IMG/VR virus record: IMGVR_UViG_3300006310_000773
DNA: 64,000 nt
Reading direction: 5' to 3' (one strand)
DNA from: a virus
The notes below the pieces were generated by a model. That model searched no databases, was not told the origin of the DNA, and worked only from the letters and a program-made list of their open reading frames with translations. Numbering within the stretch: position 1 is the first letter of the stretch; the number at the start of each line of letters is the position of its first letter. Position numbers and translations under genes: made by a program. Shown piece after piece: positions 19,875 to 28,920 of this stretch.

Positions 19875-20473
19875 TTTCCCTTAACCTTATCTCCAATTTT
19901 CTGATGCATACCAAAAGACAAATACCCACTATTGCCATCTTTTTTAAGTTGTTTTAAATGTTTTGATGCTACCCTTTTATTGCCAAGGAAAACAATTTCT
20001 CCTGAAGAATGTTGTGGAATTCTCTCAGGTTTTCCTTCTATTTTTACAACTCCATAATTTTGATTCTTGCCCATTCCCTCAAAGAATGATTTAAAATCTT
20101 TAAAAGTTCTCTCTTTGTCTGTTTCTACTTCTTCATGCCCCTTACCATATCCAGAACGTCCCCAACGACTGCCCTTTTGACTTTGTGGTTTCTTTCCATG
20201 CTTTTTCTTTTCTTTTTCATCTTCTCTTGTTCTATCTCTGTAAGTACTTGCTTCACCAAATTCTTTTTTAGCCATTCCTTTAACAAATTTTACGGATTGT
20301 CCTCTTCGTTTTTTTCTTATTTCGGGGCTCTTCATGCTATAATTTGCGCCAGTACTGTTGGGCTCTCTTCCTTGTACTTCTGCTTTTCTAGCAGCTCTAT
20401 AAAGCATGTCTTTAGACATTTCATCAATTTTATCGTCTTCTTTTTTCAAATATTCAGAGAATCTTTGACTCAT
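19871..20473 (-). CDS. Basic putative head internal protein
   Basis: MSQRFSEYLKKE; IDEMSKDMLYRAARKA module; internal RTFKDFKSFFE. Confidence 0.5.
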   Translation of the reverse strand: MSQRFSEYLKKEDDKIDEMSKDMLYRAARKAEVQGREPNSTGANYSMKSPEIRKKRRGQSVKFVKGMAKKEFGEASTYRDRTREDEKEKKKHGKKPQSQKGSRWGRSGYGKGHEEVETDKERTFKDFKSFFEGMGKNQNYGVVKIEGKPERIPQHSSGEIVFLGNKRVASKHLKQLKKDGNSGYLSFGMHQKIGDKVKGK

Positions 20474-20476
20474 ATT

Positions 20477-21454
20477 TTAATCCTGTCTTACAATTCCGGA
20501 AGCTTTACGATTTGCTCTTTGTGCCCTTCTCCAGGTATTTTCTTTATCCATCGCTTCTCTTTTCTTTTTTTCTTTGTCTTCAGGAGGAATACCCTGTCGA
20601 ACTTGGCCATACTTCTTTGCCATAGCGCGGTTTTTATCTAACGCTCTTTCATTCGCATCATCATCACCGGTGATCCCTTCTCCAACGGATTCTGCGTCTT
20701 CAGACTTCTGTGCTCGCCACTCTTTAAATGAAGTAAATCCGTAATCTACACTTTCCTTATAGTCAGGATTTTTTACAACTGTAGTGGTGGGGGAAGCTGT
20801 CTTCTTTTTTACTTTTGTTGAATGGCCTACATTATCTGGTATTTCTACACCTTCTTTTTTCGCATAAAACGCAGCACGATCTCTTTCTTGCTTATCTGGA
20901 GGTAGATGTCCTTTAGGTATATCCATTCCCTTTTTCTTAACGGGTACTTTTTTATGCACACTAGGGTTTGCTATTTTGTGTTGTGCAAAATGATCATCCC
21001 CCTTATACCACGCATCCCGTGCCCTTTCTTGATCATCCTCATTTACTTGTCCAGGAGTACCTTCATCAGAACTTCCTTGTTTATGTGGAGACGTTTCTGA
21101 ATTTCTTTTATCCGCCCGTCTTTTCGCAACTTGTTCAAAGGCTAATATAAACTCCTCCTTCTTTACTTCTTTTTTCTTATTCTTACTCTTTGATAATTGT
21201 CTTCTTAACAAATTAAAGAATTCAGGAGCTTCATCAACCATACCTAAAAATTGTTGAAGAACATTTATTAAAATTTGTCTTTCCACAACGGTTGTTATTG
21301 TCCCGCCTTTAATTTTTTTCAGTGCTGACTTAAAATAAGGTAAGTCCTTTTTGTCTTGAATTAATCCAGCCATAACCAGCTGTCTTAATTTTGTGGACAT
21401 ACCCTCTTCTTCGTCTATCATCACTTTATAAGACGTTTGTGTTAAACTATCCAT
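20477..21454 (-). CDS. Hypothetical protein, putative head internal protein
   Basis: Charged modular ORF; internal FTSFKEW. Confidence 0.5.
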   Translation of the reverse strand: MDSLTQTSYKVMIDEEEGMSTKLRQLVMAGLIQDKKDLPYFKSALKKIKGGTITTVVERQILINVLQQFLGMVDEAPEFFNLLRRQLSKSKNKKKEVKKEEFILAFEQVAKRRADKRNSETSPHKQGSSDEGTPGQVNEDDQERARDAWYKGDDHFAQHKIANPSVHKKVPVKKKGMDIPKGHLPPDKQERDRAAFYAKKEGVEIPDNVGHSTKVKKKTASPTTTVVKNPDYKESVDYGFTSFKEWRAQKSEDAESVGEGITGDDDANERALDKNRAMAKKYGQVRQGIPPEDKEKKKREAMDKENTWRRAQRANRKASGIVRQD

Positions 21455-21457
21455 TTA

Positions 21458-22690
21458 TTAGCTCCAATTCTTTAGTTCTACATTAAAATTATTTCTTGAA
21501 AATTCTAGCCGGTCAACCAATTTGACTGCTCCGCCTTTTATTTGATCTACCGCCACAAACCCCTCTGGAGCAGTTACTTTATAACCAGCACCATCTTTAA
21601 CAAAAGTTTGCGTTAATTGTTCCATATTTTCCAATTTAGATATTATCATCATTTTAGCATCAATTAACATATTCATTAAATCGAATATTTTTTCTAAATC
21701 AGCTTTCTTCTGTAGGAAGAACTTCAAAAACTCATTTTTCCGTTGTGTTTTTTTATCTTTAGCTGCATCAGTTTTTAATTTATTAATATCTTTATCGTAT
21801 TTATTTCCTATATATCTTATCAATTGTGTCACATGTGTTCTTGTATTTCTTATTTGTTGTCCTGTTTTTATCTTGCTATTATTAAAAGTTTTTATAATTG
21901 TATTAATTTCAGAATCATCAGCTATCGTGTTTAGCGTATTCGCTGATATGTTTTGAAAAGTTCTCCCTACAGAAGAAAGAATTTTAGTAATAGTCTCCGT
22001 GTCCCTTGCTGTGAAACTTGCTGTACCGGATGCATCAGTAAATTCTGCATCTCTAAACCAGATATCTTTATTCTTTAATAACCTGTTAATATTTATATTG
22101 AAAGACGATTTCATATCTTCTAATTTTGTACCTTTGTATTCCGTATGAAAAACAATGCCCATTTTTGAGTTTAATATCGTTTTTCCCAAATCAGAACCCA
22201 AAGGAACCGCATAAACTATAGTATTTGGATGAAAAGTGATATATCTCTCTCCTTCTATGGTTTTAATTAGCAAATCCTCTTTAGCAAACATCATATCTCC
22301 CTGTAATACTCCTTTAATTCCCAATTTTGGTAAATGTTCTAGAGCAACTTTTAACTTAGATCCAAGTCCAGGAGGATGATTATTATCAATATCTTGTGGT
22401 GTATAATTAATTTTGGGAGTTTTATTGAAAATACTTTTTGATCCAACAAAAAATTTACCATTATCAGGATTAATTCCACAAAAAACTGCAGGTGCACCAT
22501 CCCATTTAGTAGTAATGTAGGTATTTTTCATTGAAGAACCCGCTAACATATCTCTAAGCGATTGAATAAAATTGATTGAACCTCTGGTCCCATCCACTCC
22601 ACCATTTAAAACTTCATCTTCTATGTGTTCTAAATGTAGATTTTTACCGGTTTTCGCTTCACCAAGTAATATATTTATAAATGATTTCAT
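21458..22690 (-). CDS. DUF6267-like protein with ATP-dependent RNA-ligase-type motifs
   Basis: KNLHLEHIED; TTKWDG (motif I KxDG), LQGDMMF (III), PEGFV (IV), AVKLVDR (V). Confidence 0.7.
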   Translation of the reverse strand: MKSFINILLGEAKTGKNLHLEHIEDEVLNGGVDGTRGSINFIQSLRDMLAGSSMKNTYITTKWDGAPAVFCGINPDNGKFFVGSKSIFNKTPKINYTPQDIDNNHPPGLGSKLKVALEHLPKLGIKGVLQGDMMFAKEDLLIKTIEGERYITFHPNTIVYAVPLGSDLGKTILNSKMGIVFHTEYKGTKLEDMKSSFNININRLLKNKDIWFRDAEFTDASGTASFTARDTETITKILSSVGRTFQNISANTLNTIADDSEINTIIKTFNNSKIKTGQQIRNTRTHVTQLIRYIGNKYDKDINKLKTDAAKDKKTQRKNEFLKFFLQKKADLEKIFDLMNMLIDAKMMIISKLENMEQLTQTFVKDGAGYKVTAPEGFVAVDQIKGGAVKLVDRLEFSRNNFNVELKNWS

Positions 22691-22917
22691 GGTGTTAATG
22701 ATCCTGAAGATGGTTTATCTGGATTAACCCCCATATCTTTTAATTTGTCTCTAAGTTCTTTTACATCTTTTGCTGAAAAATCAAACTTGTTCCATGCATC
22801 ACCATAAAATCCTTTTAATCCTTTTCTATAAATTTGTACTTCACCTTCACGGCCATCAAATGACGCTATCATACCTCTTGGCATACCCTCTATTAAATGA
22901 TTTTTAAATGTTTTCAT
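22687..22917 (-). CDS. Small putative internal protein (76 aa)
   Basis: Restarted at ATG 22917 (TGATG overlap): MKTFKNHLIEG. Confidence 0.6.
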   Translation of the reverse strand: MKTFKNHLIEGMPRGMIASFDGREGEVQIYRKGLKGFYGDAWNKFDFSAKDVKELRDKLKDMGVNPDKPSSGSLTP

Positions 22918-23843
22918 CAAATTTTCCTTCCAATTTCTTTTGCAACAACTTCTCTTGTATAAATTTCTAACTCTGAAGAATATTCCCATCTCTTTCGTGG
23001 TATCTTGTATTTTGCAACAAATGCATCTATATTTTCTTGCTGTTCTTCATTTTCAATATTTCCATCTTCTTCTTCATTATCTACTTTAATTGGTATATAA
23101 TGAATTTTTTTAATCTTAATATTATTGACTATTTGTTCATCCCATGAACTATCTGTTTGTCTTTTTGATTTTGCATAACCATAAAATATACTACTCATTA
23201 CCTCTGAATTCTTTTTAATAATTTTCTCTACACCATCAAAATAATCTTTTATTACCAATCTTAATGCTTTACCATCTCCAGACATGTGTTTTTTCATGTC
23301 ATTCCAAAGTTCAAATTCAAATTCTCTTCGTACTCTATCTTTTCCCAGTATTGGACTAAGATGTTTTAATACAAGTTCTCTTATTAAATCATTAAGTTCA
23401 CGTTCTACTACTGCAAATTTGGGTCCTGTTCCACCCCTTTGTGCATTAGCAAACCAAGACATTTCAACCCATCTTCTACCTGCTGTATCTACAGTACTCA
23501 TTATATCATCTCTGGCAGATACAATAACATCCGCATCCAGTTCTGCAACAACGCCGCCCCCTGCAGCTATACCACCTTCCAAATAACGAGACATCATTGT
23601 GAAAAATGCTGAGATAGACCTCTTTCCCCCCTCAAGTTTTTTTAATTCATATAAGTTTTCTGCCCTCAGCACATGAAAAACTGTTGTACGTATCGTATCT
23701 GGCCATATCCTTTTAAACATGGGCCCTGAAATAGGAATCTTTAAAGCACTAGAGGCTCTCCCTTGACTTGCAACATCAAACACAAGATTTGACGCACTTG
23801 TTTGCGCAAATTCTGTTAAAAGTAGATCAAGATAGGATTTCAA
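22917..23843 (-). CDS. Hypothetical protein, tandem paralogue B (possible ADP-ribosyltransferase fold)
   Basis: TVFHV..SISAFF..GGGVVAELDA..GRRWVE..WDEQIVNNIKIKKIH shared with next gene. Confidence 0.5.
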   Translation of the reverse strand: MKSYLDLLLTEFAQTSASNLVFDVASQGRASSALKIPISGPMFKRIWPDTIRTTVFHVLRAENLYELKKLEGGKRSISAFFTMMSRYLEGGIAAGGGVVAELDADVIVSARDDIMSTVDTAGRRWVEMSWFANAQRGGTGPKFAVVERELNDLIRELVLKHLSPILGKDRVRREFEFELWNDMKKHMSGDGKALRLVIKDYFDGVEKIIKKNSEVMSSIFYGYAKSKRQTDSSWDEQIVNNIKIKKIHYIPIKVDNEEEDGNIENEEQQENIDAFVAKYKIPRKRWEYSSELEIYTREVVAKEIGRKI

Positions 23844-24778
23844 CCTTTACTTCTCCTCAAAGCTTGTACTTCTGTTTGTGCAATTTTAGTAACATAATTT
23901 GATAAGTCTCTAGCTCCATTCACCCAATGTGTATGAGGAATTTTACCTAATCTTGGAATTACTGAATCTTTTACCCAATCCAATTCAAACTGTCTAGAAT
24001 TAAAAGTATGAACCTTTATAATTTTAATTTTATCGACTACTTGTTCATCGTATACATTCCATTCTGATAATTCTGAATCTCCTCCTACCATACGACCAGA
24101 AGAAGGATGCTTAACTGCTACTGTTCCCCTTCTGACATAATATCCATGAACTGCTCCTTGAATATCTTTTTTATGCTTCTTGAGAATTGCATTTACACCA
24201 TCAATATAATCTGCAATTATCAAAGACATCACCTTTTTGTTATCTTTAAAATTTTCTCGTAAATGCCACCAAGCTCCCAATCCTATATCTGGTTCTATTT
24301 TTATGAGTTCTTTAGTTTTTGGATCATGTTTTATTGCAATATCTATTAACATCTGTTCAAGTTCTTTATGCATAGTCTTTTTTTTGTCTATGTTCATCAA
24401 TTCAACCCACCGTCTGCCGGTTTTATCTGGCATGCTCATCAGATCACCTTTACTTGACATAATAATATTTGCATCTAATTCTACAACAAGTCCGCCCCCA
24501 CCTTGTATACCATGTTCCATAGTATCAGCATCCATATTAAAAAAAGCAGAAATTGATTTTTTCCTATTCTGTAATTTCTTCAACTTCTCAAAACCAATAC
24601 CACTTGTAACATGAAACACCGTTGCTCTTGGTAATTGTACTTGAAAAATCCATTCCATTGTGCTAGATGTTAATGGAATTTGCATATACTGAATTTTTTG
24701 AAATTCAAATATTTTTTCAGAAGCGCTTCTTTGCCAAGCTGGCGGGTCTTCTTTTAGATATGTTTTAAATGTTTTCAT
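23840..24778 (-). CDS. Hypothetical protein, tandem paralogue A (possible ADP-ribosyltransferase fold)
   Basis: MKTFKTYLKE; TVFHVT..SISAFF..GGGLVVELDA..GRRWVE..YDEQVVDKIKIIKVH. Confidence 0.5.
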   Translation of the reverse strand: MKTFKTYLKEDPPAWQRSASEKIFEFQKIQYMQIPLTSSTMEWIFQVQLPRATVFHVTSGIGFEKLKKLQNRKKSISAFFNMDADTMEHGIQGGGGLVVELDANIIMSSKGDLMSMPDKTGRRWVELMNIDKKKTMHKELEQMLIDIAIKHDPKTKELIKIEPDIGLGAWWHLRENFKDNKKVMSLIIADYIDGVNAILKKHKKDIQGAVHGYYVRRGTVAVKHPSSGRMVGGDSELSEWNVYDEQVVDKIKIIKVHTFNSRQFELDWVKDSVIPRLGKIPHTHWVNGARDLSNYVTKIAQTEVQALRRSKG

Positions 24779-24985
24779 TTAAATTTCTCCACGAGCCGCA
24801 ATGTCCACCTTATCTTGACTCTTTGCCCACTTCTGAGCCTGGGATTTGTTTTTAAATTCATTAGAAACTGGCATCCATTTATTGTTCCCCACATGACCCA
24901 TTACATACCATTTTTTGTCGTTAGGGTTCTTGGAAACAATATACTTGGAATTTGCTTCTTCTAGATACTGTGAAAATGTTATCAT
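24779..24985 (-). CDS. Small putative internal protein
   Basis: MITFSQYLEEA N-terminus. Confidence 0.6.
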   Translation of the reverse strand: MITFSQYLEEANSKYIVSKNPNDKKWYVMGHVGNNKWMPVSNEFKNKSQAQKWAKSQDKVDIAARGEI

Positions 24986-25251
24986 CTTTTATAAAGTTTT
25001 TTAAAATCTACTCTTGTACCAGCTTCTTTTTCAAGTTTCTCTGGTGTTACCTTTTTTAACTTGGCACGTTCAAAATAACTATTTTTTCCATGTGTAGCCA
25101 CGAGCTTTATAAACATATTTTCTCCTTTCACACCAACTCTACCTGTATGCCAAGAGCTACCATCATATGCTACATATTTCTCAGTATTATCCTTAGATGT
25201 GTCCAAATAATATTCTACTTTTTCTTTTAGATGTTGTTTAAATGTTCGCAA
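24982..25251 (-). CDS. Small putative internal protein
   Basis: Restarted at TTG 25251 after GGAG SD: MRTFKQHLKE. Confidence 0.55.
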   Translation of the reverse strand: MRTFKQHLKEKVEYYLDTSKDNTEKYVAYDGSSWHTGRVGVKGENMFIKLVATHGKNSYFERAKLKKVTPEKLEKEAGTRVDFKKLYKR

Positions 25252-26869
25252 CTGAATCTCCTGAATTACCTGTTTTATTTGCAAGTGATACATGAAAAAT
25301 TCTCTTAGGATCTGGATTTGCTTGTATTAAATCAGTAACATAATCCTTGAGTTGTTTTTGCTGTTTTACTTTCGTATACCACGATACTCTTCCACCAAAC
25401 TTCACTTTCTTTGGTTTTTCAAACTCTAATTTAAAATTTGGGTCTGGTAAAGAATTATGAAATAATCTCTTTCTCAATTTTTTCCATTCAGGCCCAGATG
25501 CAAGAGTTATATGTAAATCTTTTATTGGTTTCATATCTGAATTTTTCGTCACAACACTATCTCTCATTTTTGATAATGCTCCCATATCTTTTGAAGATAA
25601 CATATACTTCAAAACACTTTCAACCTTGACCTCTTCTCTAATGTTATATTTGTTTTTGATTGCTCTCAATAATTCTAATTTATTATTTTTACCAGTTTTA
25701 ACTGCAAATTCAAGAGCGTGGTTGAGAGCATCTCCTACTTGTATCCCTTTCAGTCCTATTCCCATTAAATCTCTTCCTCCAATTGAAAGATCTTTAATTG
25801 ATGTCACCGTCATTCTTCTAAGTCTACTAGAAAGAGTAGGTCTATTCTTTACCTTTAAATATTCATCTATATTTGCGATACCTTTATTATCAACATTTTT
25901 TATAAATTGGACAAGTTTAAAATCATTTTTTTCTAAAAATGGAGAGTTATCTGTATATGTGACTACACTTTGAACTGCTTCAGCATCATTATTTGATAAT
26001 CTCATTTTACTTATAACCTCTTTTCCTGCATTTGAACCATATCCATTCATTAACATTCCCATAAATGCGGGAAATGCTTTTTTATCAAGTTTATCAATTG
26101 ATGCAAGATCAATTTTTCTTAAATTTGATTGTGGTAAAATATGATCAATTAATCCTGTATCAAATAATAATTTAATTCCAATACTAGGTTTCTCTGCTTT
26201 AGTAAACATCTTACGAAACTCTTCTTGAAATCTCTCTGCTGAAACTGTTGATATGGACTTTGCATTTTTCTTTATTTCTTCAAATGTTTTTGATTCAATC
26301 TTAAATTCAAATCTTGCCGCAAACTGTACCGCACGCAACATTCTCAATGGATCTTCTTCAAATGCAACTGGACTAATCATACGGATTTCCTTTTTCTTCA
26401 AATCCGTCATACCTTTTCGACCTATATCAATTACTTTTCCTGTGTCTAAATCTTTTGCAAGAGCATTAATCCAAAAATCTCTTCTTAATTGATCTTGTTG
26501 AAGTGTAATTCCCTTTCCTAATTTGACTTCAAAATCCTTATGTCCTTTTCCCGTACTCTTTGAATCTATTCTAGGAATTGAAATATCAATCTCTCCAGAA
26601 CCACCTTCTGGAGTATACTTAATAATACCAAAAGATTTTCCAACTAGATTTACCTTTCCAAATGGTTGCAAGATTTTACCCAAAGTCTCTAATTCTATTC
26701 CAACCACTAAAAGATCTAAATCTTTTGATACTTTTCCTAAAATTTCATCTCTTACCGCACCACCAATTTGATATATCTTACCGCCACCTCGTTTGACCGC
26801 ATTTCTTACATCAGTAGAAAGTGTTGCCGCAAGATCATTTTCATGTATTATTTGTTTGAAGGATTTCAT
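25238..26869 (-). CDS. cca: Class II tRNA nucleotidyltransferase (CCA-adding-like) fused to C-terminal 2H phosphoesterase
   Basis: GGAVRD..DLDL, RRDFWINALA, EDPLRMLR, SAERFQEEF; C-terminal LHITLA and FHVSLA (2H motifs). Confidence 0.85.
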   Translation of the reverse strand: MKSFKQIIHENDLAATLSTDVRNAVKRGGGKIYQIGGAVRDEILGKVSKDLDLLVVGIELETLGKILQPFGKVNLVGKSFGIIKYTPEGGSGEIDISIPRIDSKSTGKGHKDFEVKLGKGITLQQDQLRRDFWINALAKDLDTGKVIDIGRKGMTDLKKKEIRMISPVAFEEDPLRMLRAVQFAARFEFKIESKTFEEIKKNAKSISTVSAERFQEEFRKMFTKAEKPSIGIKLLFDTGLIDHILPQSNLRKIDLASIDKLDKKAFPAFMGMLMNGYGSNAGKEVISKMRLSNNDAEAVQSVVTYTDNSPFLEKNDFKLVQFIKNVDNKGIANIDEYLKVKNRPTLSSRLRRMTVTSIKDLSIGGRDLMGIGLKGIQVGDALNHALEFAVKTGKNNKLELLRAIKNKYNIREEVKVESVLKYMLSSKDMGALSKMRDSVVTKNSDMKPIKDLHITLASGPEWKKLRKRLFHNSLPDPNFKLEFEKPKKVKFGGRVSWYTKVKQQKQLKDYVTDLIQANPDPKRIFHVSLANKTGNSGDSVANI

Positions 26870-28856
26870 GAATACCGTGTGCTATAGATTTATATTTAAC
26901 CTGTTCATCTTGTTTTTTATTTCCATAAATTGCGTCATTAGCATTCTTTAGATGTTCAGCAAAACCTTTGTGTAATACCATTTCAAATTTAAATTGTCCA
27001 CCATATCCATTCCCATCTTCTCTAATTCCAATACCTGCAACAGGAATAACTTCTTTTGAACCTTCAACATTATATCCAATATAAGGGTTTCCTTTTTCAT
27101 CTTTCAATGGTTCAAAACGTTCACTTATTTTACTATAATCATCTGTACCAAATATATGTTTCATTGTATGTGGATCTAAAGAAAGATCCCCAATTGCCAT
27201 AACTTCTTCTCTTTCAGAAACGCCCTTCAATGGAAAATTACCTTTGATATCAGTCATCATTCCTTCTGTTAATTTAGGATTTTCTAGTATAGCCGTTATT
27301 GCCGCATCTTGATAATCTTGGCTAACTTGTCTATGTTCTTTAAGAAATTGTTTAGCTTCTCCATCACCAGCCTTCGCTACTTGATTTAATGCTGTCAACA
27401 ATACTTTTGATTTATCTCTAGTTAAATCCCACTTTCCGCCCTCTTTCTTGTTTGTTATCAGTTCTTTTAAATCACTAACTTTTTTTGACTTCATTAAGTC
27501 TGATAAAGGTGGTTCATTGGGATTAATTTTATCAAAATGTTTAGTTACCGCCTCTACTAATCTATTTCTTTGATTTTCCCCAAATAAAGATGCTTTAATG
27601 GGGTCTGGTAACTGGTCATCCCAAGCTTCAAATTTTCCTGTACCAGAATTTAAAAAGTTTACAAGTGTAGATTTTTTTAATGAAACTTCATGAAGAAAAC
27701 TGCCGCCCTTTCCTTTAACTCTGAAAAAAACATCTGTTGAATACCCTTTATTTTCATCATAACCTTCACCCCACATAGCCTCAACATCTTCTTTTGTATC
27801 CCAACAACCAAACTCTATTTCAGAACCTTCTCCATGTTCTTTTTTCAAATAATTAAATATTGCTTTTCTATTTCCGTGTGCCGCATCAACCCAAGAATCA
27901 TCAATTACTTTTTTCCTTTTTATCTTCCCCTTCTTATCTTTTTTATAATCAGGGTATGTGTCTTCTAAATCTTTATTATATTTTTTTAAAACATCTCTAA
28001 ATTGATCAGCATCTTTATCATCCATTGTTGTCATAGCCATTGTCATCAATTCTCCCGCTTGAGCAAAGATTTTACCAGCACCGCCCTTAACATCTGAATA
28101 ATTCTGATATTTTCCTGACGCCGCACCAGAGGCTTCACAATTTGCCATTCTTTCAATAAGATCAAAAACTCTAGGAGACACTTTTTTTCCACGCAAATTA
28201 TCTGGAATTTTAAATCTATCTGGTGGAGGGCCCTGAGTGGCAAATTTAACATTACCTAAAAATTCTTCTAAGTCTTTTCCTTTACCAATTGGTTCATTCA
28301 CTCTATCACTATTTTGTGCATCTTCAATACTTACTGTTTCAGTTTGTCTATGTTTATTTTTTTGATCGGATGTTTTTTCTTTTACTGTTGGTTTTTTCTC
28401 TGATTTTGTAACTACAGATTTTGCATTTTGAGTGTCAGATTTTACTCTTTTCTTTTTTGATTCAGAGGGATGTCGAAAATCGTGTGGGACTTCATCTTTA
28501 CTATAACCATGTTTCTCAGCTTTATCATCTTTCTGTTGGGTTTTTCTATCTAATTTTTGAATTTCTTCACCACCTGTCGGATGAGTTCCATTAACCCAAG
28601 CTGTAGCATGGATTGCATCATTAAAATATTCTCTTTTATTTTCACCATTTTTAACACCAACCCAAGAACCACTATTACTTTTATATATTACACCTCTTCT
28701 TAATTGTTTAAATCCTTGATGTTTCTTATCTTTTTGCTGCTTTGTGTGATGGGCATGTTGATCTACATGATATGCGTGTGGGTCTTTTGATTTGGAGTCT
28801 TTATCTATATAAGGGCCTGACTCTTCCCTTATAAATTGATTAAATGATTGTGGCAT
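26841..28856 (-). CDS. Large hypothetical protein, possible PD-(D/E)xK nuclease domain
   Basis: MPQSFNQFIREE; AGE..YSTDVFF..HEVSLKKS. Confidence 0.45.
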   Translation of the reverse strand: MPQSFNQFIREESGPYIDKDSKSKDPHAYHVDQHAHHTKQQKDKKHQGFKQLRRGVIYKSNSGSWVGVKNGENKREYFNDAIHATAWVNGTHPTGGEEIQKLDRKTQQKDDKAEKHGYSKDEVPHDFRHPSESKKKRVKSDTQNAKSVVTKSEKKPTVKEKTSDQKNKHRQTETVSIEDAQNSDRVNEPIGKGKDLEEFLGNVKFATQGPPPDRFKIPDNLRGKKVSPRVFDLIERMANCEASGAASGKYQNYSDVKGGAGKIFAQAGELMTMAMTTMDDKDADQFRDVLKKYNKDLEDTYPDYKKDKKGKIKRKKVIDDSWVDAAHGNRKAIFNYLKKEHGEGSEIEFGCWDTKEDVEAMWGEGYDENKGYSTDVFFRVKGKGGSFLHEVSLKKSTLVNFLNSGTGKFEAWDDQLPDPIKASLFGENQRNRLVEAVTKHFDKINPNEPPLSDLMKSKKVSDLKELITNKKEGGKWDLTRDKSKVLLTALNQVAKAGDGEAKQFLKEHRQVSQDYQDAAITAILENPKLTEGMMTDIKGNFPLKGVSEREEVMAIGDLSLDPHTMKHIFGTDDYSKISERFEPLKDEKGNPYIGYNVEGSKEVIPVAGIGIREDGNGYGGQFKFEMVLHKGFAEHLKNANDAIYGNKKQDEQVKYKSIAHGIHEILQTNNT

Positions 28857-28890
28857 AACTCAATATCCTGCTATAATTAAAGATTATAAC

Positions 28891-28898
28891 TATTTATG
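28891..28898 (-). promoter_or_regulatory. Possible T4-type late promoter (CATAAATA)
   Basis: Near-consensus motif ~35 bp upstream of 26841..28856. Confidence 0.45.
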
Positions 28899-28920
28899 TT
28901 TATAAAAATTGTCTCTTGAG

